The position numbers and the translations under genes are program-made. From positions 1-53,873 of the IMG/VR virus record IMGVR_UViG_3300004805_000008: DNA of 53,873 nt; one strand, written 5' to 3'. The DNA comes from a virus. Its lineage: Duplodnaviria; Caudoviricetes. Shown piece by piece: positions 26,455 to 36,944 of this stretch. The stretch's first letter is position 1. Every line of letters starts with the position of its first letter. Under the pieces are notes generated by a model, which did not search any database, had not been told where the DNA came from, and saw only the letters and a program-made list of their open reading frames with translations.

Positions 26455-26487
26455 TGCCCCGATTATTTTTAGTCGGGGTATTCTTTT
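26455..26487 (+). terminator. Intrinsic terminator after tube
   Basis: TGCCCCGATTA-TTTT-TAGTCGGGGTA-TTCTTTT. Confidence 0.8.
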
Positions 26488-26488
26488 G

Positions 26489-26519
26489 TAATTAAATGTG
26501 TGTGAGTTCCAATAATTAA
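26489..26519 (+). promoter_or_regulatory. Two tandem putative late promoters (sheath)
   Basis: TAATTAA at 26489-26495 and 26513-26519. Confidence 0.68.
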
Positions 26520-26557
26520 GTTTAGTAACACTTATAGCCATTAAAAGGAAATTAACA

Positions 26558-29170
26558 ATGACAACATTCGTTTCAGCAGGTGTTTATTCCGTAGAGAAGG
26601 ACCTAAGTCAGTACGTCAGTGACCTTTCCTCTACCATCCTAGGGTTAGTAGGCACCTCTGAAATCGGTCCCACTAACACTCCTGTTCTAATCACTTCACC
26701 TCAAGAATACAAAGATATCTTCGGCGGTATTAGTTCAAAGCATTACATGGGATACGCTGCTGACGCTTACCTGAAGAAGGGCAACTTACTTTGGGTAAAC
26801 CGAGTAAGTCCTTCAGATGCCTCCAAAGCAATCAGTGCCTTCCTACTACCTAGCGGGTATTCTAACTACGCTGGTGACTGGGTTCTTTCGGCCCAGACTG
26901 CTACCGATCTAACCTTTACTCTTAGCGATAGTACTGGAGTAACTGGTGCTGACAAGGTAGTAAAGCTTGACTCTTCTACTCTTATCCCTGGTTTTGACTT
27001 TACTGACTCCGCTCAGACCGCTTATGCTAATGGTAAGCTTGGCGCCGATCTTTCAACCTTCGTAGGTAACTCTGCTATTGTCGGTAATGTCTTTACTGTA
27101 TCTCTCGGTTCTGGCCGTGGCACTTCAGCGTCAATCACTTCAGTAATTAACGATGGTGGCTCGCCTGCAGTAACCGTACCTATCTCAGCCTTTGCTTCAA
27201 ATAACTCTCCTGCTACAGCCTTTGCTACTGGCTCTATCGTAGCTTCAGCTGCTGCCGTTACTAGCACGTTAACCATTGGTATCACTGCTGATGCCCGTCC
27301 TATCAATATCGTAGCATCGGGTGTAAAGAATACAGCAATGGTCACTTCTCTAAAGGCTTTCGACTTCTCCGTACTAGAGACTACCTTGAGCACTCCTCTT
27401 GGTACAGCCCCTACCGCCCTAGTTGGTACTCTTCCCTTAGTAGCCGCCGATGCTTCCTACAATATGGACCTGATCGCTGCTTGGGTAGCTTGCTTACTTG
27501 CTGCTTGTAACTCAACTGCCAATCTTGCAGCACACACTAGTTTGACTGCTTGGCTCACTGTAGTTAAGTACACCCTAGCTTCTGGTCTATTCGGTATCGG
27601 TTCTGCTACTGGTGGTGTTAAGAGCGTAACAACTCTTAAGGATGCCGCAAGTTTAGTAATCGAGGTTCAGCTTGAGTCTGTAGTAGCTGGCGTTAACGGT
27701 ATTTCTGATTATCCTTCAGTTGGTGCCGGTACTGGTTTAGTTGTTGTTTCTCAGTCAATCTCCGGTAAGTTTACTACCTCAGCCTATCGTCCTAGCTGGA
27801 AGATGGAGTCTGCTGGTGCAGTATTTGTACCTACCGTAATCAAGATCTCAAGTCTTGGTGAAGCTGATGCAAGCAACACTGCAGTAACCTTGACTATTGA
27901 TGAGACTAATGTAACTACTCAGCAAGAACAGAACTACACTCTTAAGGTTTATGAGCGTATTGCTTCTACTAACATTCCCTCAACTTCATACAGATTAGCT
28001 GACTTCCAGTTAGTTGAACAGTTTGACGGTACTATTGCTAGCATTCAGTCCAAGGTAGTATCTGCTTCACGTAGAATCGCTCTGAAGATTGACTATTCAA
28101 CTACTGATTCGGTTAACATTACTACTGGTGTTGTTACTCCTGGCGTAACTACCGATAGCTTAGTTCACACTCCTGTTCTCATCACTTCCGAGACTGGTAT
28201 TGGTGCTGCAACTTGCTTCACTGTTACCTTAGGTGCTGGCGGTTACGATATGACCCTAGTAAATACTTTAGTTGGTGGCTCCCCCGGTACTGTGGTTAAC
28301 AAGTATGATATTATCGGTGATGCTGCTCTTAGAACTGGTATCTATGCTTTCGCTAATCCTGAAATGATTGATATCAATGTCCTTTCTGCTCCGGGTTGGT
28401 CCGCTGATCCCGCAGTAGCCAAGGCCATGACTGCCCTAGCCGAGTTCCGTGGTGACGCAATCGCACTGATTGATTCTCCCTTTGGCCTAAGTGTTCAGAA
28501 CGTTGTCGATTACAGAAAGAACATCCTAAATATCAATAGTTCCTACTCTGCCATGTACTACCCTTGGGTTAAGATTACCGATGCTGTAAATAAGAAGGAT
28601 ATCTTTGTTCCTCCCACCGGTATGGTAGCTGCTCAGTATGCTTACACAGATCAGGTTGCTGACGTATTCTACGCTCCCGCTGGTAGAACCCGTGGTACTC
28701 TGACTGAGGCTCTTGCTGTTGAGCGCACTCTTACTCAGGGCCAGCGTGACATTCTTGCTCTTAACCAGATCAACCCCATCCATTCTGAGGCTGGTTATGG
28801 TATCTATATCAAGGGCCAGAGGACTCTACAGACTGCAACTACTGCTCTTGACCGTGTAAATGTTCGTAGACTCCTTCTCAAGCTTCGTAAGGTTGTCGCT
28901 AGTGCTTCTAAGTCCTTCGAGTTCGAGCCTGGTGACTCTATTACCGCACAGAAGCTCAAGCAAGTAGCTGAGACAGTTCTAGAAGATCATCTCCGTAGAG
29001 GTGCCATTAACAGCTACACAGTTGATGTTGGTCCTAATGTTAATACTCCCTTAGTTCGTGAGAATAACGAACTCCGTATGAACATCAGTCTTGTTCCTAC
29101 TAAGACTGCTGAAGTAATTATTGAAACGTACTTGATCCAGAATCAGGGCGGTGGTATTAGTTTAGTATAG
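26558..29170 (+). CDS. gp18: Tail sheath protein, T4 gp18-like (870 aa)
   Basis: FVSAGVYSVEKDLS, GPTNTPVLIT, SSYSAMYYPW, FYAPAGRTRG, GQRTLQ, ALDRVNVRRLL. Confidence 0.96.
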   Translation: MTTFVSAGVYSVEKDLSQYVSDLSSTILGLVGTSEIGPTNTPVLITSPQEYKDIFGGISSKHYMGYAADAYLKKGNLLWVNRVSPSDASKAISAFLLPSGYSNYAGDWVLSAQTATDLTFTLSDSTGVTGADKVVKLDSSTLIPGFDFTDSAQTAYANGKLGADLSTFVGNSAIVGNVFTVSLGSGRGTSASITSVINDGGSPAVTVPISAFASNNSPATAFATGSIVASAAAVTSTLTIGITADARPINIVASGVKNTAMVTSLKAFDFSVLETTLSTPLGTAPTALVGTLPLVAADASYNMDLIAAWVACLLAACNSTANLAAHTSLTAWLTVVKYTLASGLFGIGSATGGVKSVTTLKDAASLVIEVQLESVVAGVNGISDYPSVGAGTGLVVVSQSISGKFTTSAYRPSWKMESAGAVFVPTVIKISSLGEADASNTAVTLTIDETNVTTQQEQNYTLKVYERIASTNIPSTSYRLADFQLVEQFDGTIASIQSKVVSASRRIALKIDYSTTDSVNITTGVVTPGVTTDSLVHTPVLITSETGIGAATCFTVTLGAGGYDMTLVNTLVGGSPGTVVNKYDIIGDAALRTGIYAFANPEMIDINVLSAPGWSADPAVAKAMTALAEFRGDAIALIDSPFGLSVQNVVDYRKNILNINSSYSAMYYPWVKITDAVNKKDIFVPPTGMVAAQYAYTDQVADVFYAPAGRTRGTLTEALAVERTLTQGQRDILALNQINPIHSEAGYGIYIKGQRTLQTATTALDRVNVRRLLLKLRKVVASASKSFEFEPGDSITAQKLKQVAETVLEDHLRRGAINSYTVDVGPNVNTPLVRENNELRMNISLVPTKTAEVIIETYLIQNQGGGISLV

Positions 29171-29207
29171 TAGAACGTTATTGGTAAAGTATTACTGATT
29201 CTGGATT

Positions 29208-29241
29208 ATAAGAGCCGACCTAAAAAATCGGCTCTTATTTT
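29208..29241 (+). terminator. Intrinsic terminator after sheath
   Basis: ATAAGAGCCGA...TCGGCTCTTAT-TTT. Confidence 0.85.
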
Positions 29242-29248
29242 GAATTAA
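29242..29248 (+). promoter_or_regulatory. Putative late promoter GAATTAA
   Basis: Directly after the terminator; GAATTAA-ATAC-A. Confidence 0.68.
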
Positions 29249-29268
29249 ATACATACAAGGATCGCTTC

Positions 29269-30837
29269 ATGCCAGATCTGTTTCCAGGATTTACTCCTCC
29301 TACTGGGTTCACCCCAGCTCCTTTGGTCAATAGTTCACTAGGAAACTTATCCATACCCTCGTTAACTCCATCTCAGCAATTTGGTGGAACTTTGGGAACT
29401 ACGGATGGGGTTACAGTAAATCCTACCTTTACTGGTATGGGTGGAAATTTACCAGAGAATCCTGACTTCTCTATACCACAAAACGATGGTATGACTTATG
29501 CTAACCCTGATGGTTCTCTCTATACTCCGTATCCTACTACTGGTAACATTAATGAATCTGGCTATTCAGTTCCATCATCTCCTGTAAATACTGGATGGGC
29601 TCCCGGATTAGCCAATATCACCACTAACTTTGATTACAGTAAATATACTTCCGCTGAATCTGCTGCTTCCTTCGGTTCTGCAGTACCTACGGCAGGTCAA
29701 TCTATAGTAAATGGATTAACAAGAGCATTACCAGCAGGATTTAGAACTGACGTTCAGTTAATTTCAGACTTTAGATTAGGTACTTTCTTACGTAGACACG
29801 GTAACTTAACGGGTGACCAAGCCTCGATGCTTGACGGTGCTCTTGATTTTGTAAGAAGCGACTCAGCCTCCGTATCTCCACATGCTAACTTTTCTATTGA
29901 TTATACTAAGAATTTTATTCCTATTATTATAAAGACTCAGTTTAATATAGATAGAACTACTGAAGGTAATCCAAAGCCTTTTTATATCGTCTTTGATTCT
30001 ACTCCAGAGGCTATCAGTTTTAGTAAGAGTGCTTCCTGGAATCCGCAATCGTTCTACGGAAGACCTGAACCTGTTCAAATCTATGCCTCCTCTGGCTCTG
30101 TTTCCTTTAGTTTAACCGGTACTTTCTTTTCAGTAAATGCAATAGATCATAATGATAAATTAAATTTATCTAATCGTTTGTTGGCTCTAACAACTCCATC
30201 TAAATACCATTTAATGCCTTCCCCAGTAGAAGTTAAGATAGGTGAATGGAAACACTTACGATGTATTGTAACCGATGTAAGAGTAGACTATAAGGGACCT
30301 TGGTGGATTCCCATTATGGATGATGTTGCTAATCCTCTCACTAAACAATCCTCTGCTAACCAAGCTATTAATGGATCCACCGAACGAGTTACCACTCCAT
30401 ATATGCTTCCTTCACATGCTCCTTATATCTATGAAGCCACTTTTAACTTTACTGTAGTTAGTGAACTTAATAGTGTTCAATATGCTGAAGATATTATGAA
30501 GTCAGGTTGGAACGGTGGCCTGGGAACGGTATCTAGTAATGCATGGACTGCTCAGATTACCTCGGATGCTATACAAACCAATTCGACGTGGAATGCAATG
30601 AAGGGCGATAATAATATAGTCTCTGGCGGTATTATCTACAACAACACTAGAGAGAAGATAGATGATAGTACTTGGAGTAATATAGAATATCTTCGAAGTC
30701 TTGGATTGGCTCAAGATACTAGTGGAGGAACTAATGTTGGGCCTATGGGCTTGATTACTTCAGGACTAACTGCGTCAATTACAGGGCTTATTAATAACCG
30801 ATTCGGTAATCAAATAAGTAGGATACTAGGTAAATAA
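29269..30837 (+). CDS. Probable baseplate / tube-initiator protein (tube-like domain)
   Basis: PEAISFSKSASWNPQSFYGRPEPVQIYASSG...SFSL and CIVTDVRVDY...PW resemble gp48/gp54-type tube-fold proteins. Confidence 0.6.
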   Translation: MPDLFPGFTPPTGFTPAPLVNSSLGNLSIPSLTPSQQFGGTLGTTDGVTVNPTFTGMGGNLPENPDFSIPQNDGMTYANPDGSLYTPYPTTGNINESGYSVPSSPVNTGWAPGLANITTNFDYSKYTSAESAASFGSAVPTAGQSIVNGLTRALPAGFRTDVQLISDFRLGTFLRRHGNLTGDQASMLDGALDFVRSDSASVSPHANFSIDYTKNFIPIIIKTQFNIDRTTEGNPKPFYIVFDSTPEAISFSKSASWNPQSFYGRPEPVQIYASSGSVSFSLTGTFFSVNAIDHNDKLNLSNRLLALTTPSKYHLMPSPVEVKIGEWKHLRCIVTDVRVDYKGPWWIPIMDDVANPLTKQSSANQAINGSTERVTTPYMLPSHAPYIYEATFNFTVVSELNSVQYAEDIMKSGWNGGLGTVSSNAWTAQITSDAIQTNSTWNAMKGDNNIVSGGIIYNNTREKIDDSTWSNIEYLRSLGLAQDTSGGTNVGPMGLITSGLTASITGLINNRFGNQISRILGK

Positions 30838-33800
30838 TGGCCTCAACTCCGACTCCGCAACAAGACTATTGGAAAAATTTTAGAGACTCCTTTAGAAAAA
30901 CTAACTTTGAAGAACGCTCTACTGCTAACGTAGCTAAGAATAATATCAAAGCTATTGATGACTTTCTAATTAGATTTATGTCTGGGGACGATAGAGCACA
31001 ACTTGAAAAAGATCAAGCAAGAACCGAGACTGCTAATAAAACTCCATTACCTTCCTATAACGTGCGTACGCCTCATGTGGATGTATGGATTAATGGAGTC
31101 CATGTAATAAAGCAAGGACAAACTGATGCTATTCAAGTTGATTTTAGACCCAGAACACCCGAGGAGCTCGCTAATCTCAGTCCTGAAGAGTTAATCAATT
31201 CCACAGTTCCTAATTTAGATGTCTTCTTTAAAGATCTAAATCTAGATATGGCTTTTGGTGGTCCTTTAGGCGCTGTAAAAGGAACGCTTACTTTATTTTC
31301 TAGAGATCCGTTAGACTTTTTAAGTTTCTTGTATGACTTTGCTTCGGATCTAGATTCTTGCGATGGCCTACCTTCTGCATCCATTCAGTTTGGATGGAAT
31401 ATTGCATCTCCTCAGGGAGCTACTTCTCCTAATAATGGATCTACTTTACTAAGTCCTAAGCTAGATTTTCTAGTAATGAATGTTGCTATGTCAGATCCCT
31501 CAGGAGAAATGCAAGGATCTACATTTACTCTTACTCTACAAGATACCGGTTCCGCTCTCTATGACAATGCTGCTGGTGACTTTGCCGTTATTTCGGAATA
31601 CCCTCAACAACAACTACGCATCATAGTAGAAAAGTGTATGGGAGTAAGATTGTTTACTTTGGATGATTTCTTGGGTGACCAATCTGAAGCTATTGCATCT
31701 ACACGTCCTGATTATGCTGATTATACTAAACTAGATCCTAACGATGCTGGTGATCTGATTATATTAAACCAGCTAGCGGAGAAACTAAAGACGGATGAAC
31801 TTAACAATACTGGAACCTCTACGGAAGCTGAGATTAGAACTACTAAGTCAGGTGTTACCATTACAGCTAAACCAGATACGGCTACTACTGCTGAGTTTAC
31901 TGAAGCCTCTGTTGACAGTTTATCACTGGCGGGTAAAAAAGAACTAATTGGGCGTATGTGTATAACTGAGGCTCATCCTAGAGATTTCGGATGGCAGTCA
32001 AGCGGTAAAACTATAAGTATGGAAAAGTATAGGCGGGACGCTAAAGTTTATGCTTTTATGAAGGAAACTTTGGCTTTCTATCCAGCTTATGCCAATGTTG
32101 CACAGTTCCAGCTCCCAGAAAATGGTGGAGTGGTTGGACTTCTACCCAGACTGGTATGGGAAGTAAATGGAAGTATAGTTACTTACGAAGGTAACCCAGC
32201 ATGGTATTATCCGGTAAGACCTACGTTACTTCCGGCAGTAGAGCATTTGTCTACTTGGCTATTTGCAAATAAACAAAGAGAACTTTCACATAACTATATG
32301 GTAGATCCTGTTGCAATATATACAGACGCAGCAAAAGCGGCTATTAGGATTTACGGTCCTTTGTTTACTCTCGGTACTGCACTAAAGGCAGATGTTCAGA
32401 GAATTTTCAAGGAAACAGAAGTAGCTACTCCAAGCATTATTGATGTCATTAAAAAATATAATACTGCTAATGCTGATATGGTTAGAAACGCTTTAAAATC
32501 TATTTATGATCAAACTCCTTCATTGTTTACTAGAACCTTTTTCTTAAACGGAATGTGCCCATCACTAAGAATGAATAGTAAATCGTTTAGAGAAAGTATT
32601 GAGTCTCTTGTATCCAGAATTCAATGTAGATGGTATCCCGTATCTAACTCACAACTACAAAAAGAACTTGATTCTAGTACAGCTCAAGCAACTGATGCAG
32701 AAGTATACGAAGCCTATAAGAAATGGAAAGCTGAAGTTGAGCGTAACCCAAGTTCTCCTACCGTGGACTCTCTTAAAGCAGCATATGACACGGCGAAGAA
32801 TAGAAAAGCTTACGGCTGTAGACTTATTTATGTATCCGGAGTCCCTAAATCATTTAAAAATACATCGGATAAAGTGTATATAAACGACTCTGATTTGACT
32901 GATGGTGCGTTTGTTTTGATTCCAAATATTAACCCTCTGCATATTAATGATAGTGAAATTCCTTTAATTTATGGCCCCGGCGGATCTAACTATCCTTATT
33001 TATATGGCGGCGCTCAGAATATAAAACAAGTATTATTAGATAAGAGTGGTAGACTTCCTTCTATGTATGGCGAAGTAATAGATGCGAAAGTTAACTTTAA
33101 TTCCATGACCGCTCTCATTGCTGGTAACTTTAGTGAGGAAACTGCTCTTGCTGAAGCTGGACAACGTATGTCTAAGGTAACTTCTCTTCCGGATGCTACA
33201 GTTACTGCTAAAGAAACTCCTGAACAGAAGGCCGCAAAAAGAGCGTCAAGAAAAGAAAAGTTAGAAGCTTGGATGAAGAAATACTATCCAGATTTAACAG
33301 GAACTACTTACGAAGCTAAGTGTCGAGAAGTAATAGAAGCTAACTTAGCAAACGGAGTTAGAAAAACTAAGAATTTTGCTCAGTATGCTACAGTTTATCA
33401 GGGTAGGAGAAAATTGTATAATGCGGACCCAGTAAATACTCCTGCGTCTGAGAGAACTTTTACTAATCCGGTACATCCCAAAGAATCTGCGGTTGACTTC
33501 TTAGCCCAGCGTTTAGGTAATATGTTATACAGTGCGACTTCAGTTAGCTTGGCTGTTATGGGAGATCCTTTCTTAGTTAGACAGGGTATTGGTGCTTTTG
33601 AACTACTCCATTACTTTGTAGATAAAAAAGGAACGGGACTAAGATTTAACTACTTATTAAGTGGTACTTATTTAGTACAGTCTGTAAACCATAGTATTTC
33701 ATTGGGTTCATATACCACTAATATTAAAGCGTTTAAGATACCTCCAGTAGAGGGTACTTTCAGTAAGCAGTTAGACAAGTGGAGAGTTAAGGGCGTTCAA

Positions 33801-34004
33801 AATATAGGCAGTACCTCGGTAGCCCTCAATCCAGAAGAGAGAACTGCACTAGAAGATATATTAACTACAAGTATTGATTTAGAAGATTTTGAGGCACATT
33901 CAGCTACTAGAATCACTGCCGGAACCGTTATAAATACAGAAGTTAATAGTACTCCAGCTAACTCCTTAGCAGAGATCAATAAATTCTACTTTGGTATCGG
34001 ATAG
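30837..34004 (+). CDS. Probable baseplate hub protein (gp27/GpD-like C-terminus) with large insertions
   Basis: C-terminal SLAVMGDPFL...LSGTYLVQSVNHSISLGSYTT. Confidence 0.6.
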   Translation: MASTPTPQQDYWKNFRDSFRKTNFEERSTANVAKNNIKAIDDFLIRFMSGDDRAQLEKDQARTETANKTPLPSYNVRTPHVDVWINGVHVIKQGQTDAIQVDFRPRTPEELANLSPEELINSTVPNLDVFFKDLNLDMAFGGPLGAVKGTLTLFSRDPLDFLSFLYDFASDLDSCDGLPSASIQFGWNIASPQGATSPNNGSTLLSPKLDFLVMNVAMSDPSGEMQGSTFTLTLQDTGSALYDNAAGDFAVISEYPQQQLRIIVEKCMGVRLFTLDDFLGDQSEAIASTRPDYADYTKLDPNDAGDLIILNQLAEKLKTDELNNTGTSTEAEIRTTKSGVTITAKPDTATTAEFTEASVDSLSLAGKKELIGRMCITEAHPRDFGWQSSGKTISMEKYRRDAKVYAFMKETLAFYPAYANVAQFQLPENGGVVGLLPRLVWEVNGSIVTYEGNPAWYYPVRPTLLPAVEHLSTWLFANKQRELSHNYMVDPVAIYTDAAKAAIRIYGPLFTLGTALKADVQRIFKETEVATPSIIDVIKKYNTANADMVRNALKSIYDQTPSLFTRTFFLNGMCPSLRMNSKSFRESIESLVSRIQCRWYPVSNSQLQKELDSSTAQATDAEVYEAYKKWKAEVERNPSSPTVDSLKAAYDTAKNRKAYGCRLIYVSGVPKSFKNTSDKVYINDSDLTDGAFVLIPNINPLHINDSEIPLIYGPGGSNYPYLYGGAQNIKQVLLDKSGRLPSMYGEVIDAKVNFNSMTALIAGNFSEETALAEAGQRMSKVTSLPDATVTAKETPEQKAAKRASRKEKLEAWMKKYYPDLTGTTYEAKCREVIEANLANGVRKTKNFAQYATVYQGRRKLYNADPVNTPASERTFTNPVHPKESAVDFLAQRLGNMLYSATSVSLAVMGDPFLVRQGIGAFELLHYFVDKKGTGLRFNYLLSGTYLVQSVNHSISLGSYTTNIKAFKIPPVEGTFSKQLDKWRVKGVQNIGSTSVALNPEERTALEDILTTSIDLEDFEAHSATRITAGTVINTEVNSTPANSLAEINKFYFGIG

Positions 34005-34011
34005 CAATTAA
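34005..34011 (+). promoter_or_regulatory. Putative late promoter CAATTAA
   Basis: CAATTAA-TTTT-AG before the tape measure gene. Confidence 0.55.
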
Positions 34012-34032
34012 TTTTAGTTAGGACTTTACACG

Positions 34033-36372
34033 ATGGCAGAACCAACCACTCCACCTACTACCCCGCCAGCTCCTAAACCACTTGCTGGAAGCGACGATGC
34101 TTTTACTAAGATGTTTATTCGTCTCGGTATGGCTACTTCAGCTACTTTTGAAGAGGACGTAAAAAGACCTCTGACTAAATTAGAAGCATCTATTCAAAAG
34201 TTCCATAATAGCACTCAGTACAAGGATAGCTTTTTCTCTAAGCTTTCTTCTGATGGTAGACTACTCGATAAACTTATTCCTGATGTAGCTAGATTTACTG
34301 TTTCTCTTATTACACTAGGCCAGGCTTCTAGAGATAGTGCAGATCAAAAACAACTATACGAAAGTATGGGAATGTTTGGAAAGCTTTTAGTTAACATGAC
34401 TCCAAGTATTGCAGATGCTGAAAAGGGAACTTGGGGCTTGGGATCCGCTATTCAGAAAGTATTTACTACGGGCATTCTCTTAGCTATTACTTTAGTAGTA
34501 ACTGCGTTAGCTTTTGCTGGACAGGCATTAAAAGATGTTGCATTGGCCGGTATTAAGTTCCAGGATGAACTGAATAAACTAAATACTATTATGGGTGGAG
34601 TGTCAAGAGATCGATTAAGTGCATTTAATATTCGACTTAATGAAACCTTTAAGGGATTAACCTCTCTCGGAGTCGGTGTTGGAACTGTACTTGAGGCGAT
34701 GGCAGGATTTATAAAAGGCGGATTAAACCCAGCTATAGCCTTCCAGGGAGATCTAATAAGAACCTCCACTATGCTAGCTAAGATCACTGGTGAGTCTTCA
34801 GAAGCCATGGCTAATTTCTTTGCTACTATTATGGTAGGATCCAAAATATCCTCAGAAAATTTGAAAAGCTTAGGAGACTCCTTTACTCGTATGAACAGAG
34901 TAGCAGAAGCATCTGGTGTTTTGGCCTCAGTATCTTTTGGTGATGTGCAAGAAGCTATTACCTCTGTAGGAACTGCCTTATTGATTGCTTCAAATAAAGG
35001 ATCTGTATTCACAGATAAGATGACTCATGATTTAGTCTCTCTTACTACTCTAGCAAAAACTTTAGGTGTCTCTGTAGCTGAACTAAATAGTAAATTTGAA
35101 GAGTCTAGTAATCTATTAACTAGTCCCGATTCTGGATTTAGAGCCCTTTTAGCCATTTCTGGGGGCGCTACTATATCTGAAATGTTAAGTAATAGTTTTA
35201 ATAAGACAGATGCTATGTTACGAATTTCCGGCACCTTGGAAAGATTAAATATTGCTCTACACGGCAATCTGAATTTAATGGGACAAGTAGCTCAAGCTCA
35301 GTTCGGTATCAGTAAACAAGATGCTATAAAGTGGGCAACTATGACACAACAGCAAAAGGATGCTATTAGACAAGCTAAAGCTGATGCTGAAAAGATGAAA
35401 AATGATGGTATAACTGATGCCTATAACAGCGTAACTGGTACATTAACTGAGACTTGGGAAAAGTTTAAAAACGTTATGTTCATGTCATTCCAGAGAGCCG
35501 TAGCTGGAAATCAGGGACTACAGGGATTCTTAGGTAAGATTGCTGATAAACTCAACGAATGGATTGCTGGTTTTGGAGATCCTAACTCTCCCGCACAAAA
35601 ATTCATAGATCGGTTATCCGAAGGAATGACTTGGATTAGTGAGATGCTGGAAAAATTATTTGATCGCTTAGTACCCATCTTAGAAAGTTTGGGAAATTGG
35701 TTTAATTCTATTCTAACTACAGCTATGGACGTTGGTGTAGGGACTGCTCTTGGGGATATACTAGGCGATATTTTAGTTAAATCATTAAGTTTTGCTTGGA
35801 AGGCTACTATTGGAAACCCCAAATTCTGGATTCCTCTAATAGGTGCTGTTATAGGCGGTATTATAGGGTTCATTTCCCCGCTTCCTGGTGGTGCTGCTCT
35901 CGGTGCAATGCTGGGCGGCGGTCTTTTCGCAGGTATGATGGGTGCTGTTCCCGAGGAAGAGAAAAAACAGGAAACCGCAAATGAGAGAAGGCAAAGTATA
36001 GCTGGATTATCTGGAAGTATTTCTGAACTGCTTAAGAGTACTGACAAAGATCAAAAGAAATATAGCAATCTAAAAGATACTGATATGGTAATGGGTAGGG
36101 ATGGAAATCTCACTCTGGCCGGACTTGAGAAAATTAAACTGGAAGAGAAAGAAGAAGCATTACTTAAAGTTCAGAAAAATCTAGCGGATAATACTAAGGA
36201 TCTAACTACCGCAATGATGGAAGCTACTGCAGCAATCAAGCAATGGGGAGGAAAAGTTGACGAGAATGCTGTTAAATCTCAAGTGGCGGGAATAAAAGCC
36301 AAAGAAGCAGAAAGAACCAACAGTCTTCAAGAAAACATAGAAGACAATCCCACGGTAATGATGGGTTCATAA
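34033..36372 (+). CDS. Probable tape measure protein
   Basis: 779 aa, Ala/Gly/Ser helical, two hydrophobic stretches, GxxxG-rich segment; lies in the tail module. Confidence 0.75.
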   Translation: MAEPTTPPTTPPAPKPLAGSDDAFTKMFIRLGMATSATFEEDVKRPLTKLEASIQKFHNSTQYKDSFFSKLSSDGRLLDKLIPDVARFTVSLITLGQASRDSADQKQLYESMGMFGKLLVNMTPSIADAEKGTWGLGSAIQKVFTTGILLAITLVVTALAFAGQALKDVALAGIKFQDELNKLNTIMGGVSRDRLSAFNIRLNETFKGLTSLGVGVGTVLEAMAGFIKGGLNPAIAFQGDLIRTSTMLAKITGESSEAMANFFATIMVGSKISSENLKSLGDSFTRMNRVAEASGVLASVSFGDVQEAITSVGTALLIASNKGSVFTDKMTHDLVSLTTLAKTLGVSVAELNSKFEESSNLLTSPDSGFRALLAISGGATISEMLSNSFNKTDAMLRISGTLERLNIALHGNLNLMGQVAQAQFGISKQDAIKWATMTQQQKDAIRQAKADAEKMKNDGITDAYNSVTGTLTETWEKFKNVMFMSFQRAVAGNQGLQGFLGKIADKLNEWIAGFGDPNSPAQKFIDRLSEGMTWISEMLEKLFDRLVPILESLGNWFNSILTTAMDVGVGTALGDILGDILVKSLSFAWKATIGNPKFWIPLIGAVIGGIIGFISPLPGGAALGAMLGGGLFAGMMGAVPEEEKKQETANERRQSIAGLSGSISELLKSTDKDQKKYSNLKDTDMVMGRDGNLTLAGLEKIKLEEKEEALLKVQKNLADNTKDLTTAMMEATAAIKQWGGKVDENAVKSQVAGIKAKEAERTNSLQENIEDNPTVMMGS

Positions 36373-36388
36373 ATACAGCGTAATTTCT

Positions 36389-36395
36389 TAATTAA
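36389..36395 (+). promoter_or_regulatory. Putative late promoter TAATTAA
   Basis: Before 36414; AGGA RBS follows. Confidence 0.65.
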
Positions 36396-36413
36396 CTTAT
36401 ATAGGACGCATAA

Positions 36414-36887
36414 ATGAAATATAAAATTCAAAATACTTCTACTTCCGTTACTGTATGGATCGACACCTTTAACCAGGGTAATGCATTTCCTTTAGCTCCT
36501 GGTGAGAAGTGCTCCGTTCCAGAGAGTACTAAAATTCAGGTTCTTAGAGAAAACCCTTTCCTTGTAGACCTTGGAACTGTTACAGATCCAGGTGCTCCAG
36601 CATATAGAAATGGTGCTGGAACTGCCTCTTGGGTTCTTTGGACTATCGGACCTGGTACCACTCAATACTCTAAACTTCGATTCTCCGCTACTACGGGCAT
36701 AGTTCAGATTTCATTCTCTGGCTGGGATACTACAGCCTCTGAAACTGCTCCTCCCACTTGGAGCGTTATTGATATTCCTATTGCTTCGGCAACCACTCCC
36801 TATGTTGAACTAGATCTTGGAATGGATCCAACTAATTCTTTCTATGTTAAGAGTGCCACTGGAACACTGACAGTCATTGCCAGTTAA
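36414..36887 (+). CDS. Hypothetical virion protein
   Basis: 157 aa, beta-rich; late motif upstream. Confidence 0.7.
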   Translation: MKYKIQNTSTSVTVWIDTFNQGNAFPLAPGEKCSVPESTKIQVLRENPFLVDLGTVTDPGAPAYRNGAGTASWVLWTIGPGTTQYSKLRFSATTGIVQISFSGWDTTASETAPPTWSVIDIPIASATTPYVELDLGMDPTNSFYVKSATGTLTVIAS

Positions 36888-36889
36888 CC

Positions 36890-36944
36890 GAATTAATACA
36901 TGTCGTGAAAACTCTCGTTAATTAAGTTGTAGCGAGAGTTTTCA
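36890..36944 (+). promoter_or_regulatory. GAATTAA followed by a 15-bp hairpin with TAATTAA at its apex
   Basis: GAATTAA 36890-96; TGAAAACTCTCGTTA (36906-20) / TAGCGAGAGTTTTCA (36930-44); TAATTAA 36919-25. Confidence 0.7.
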
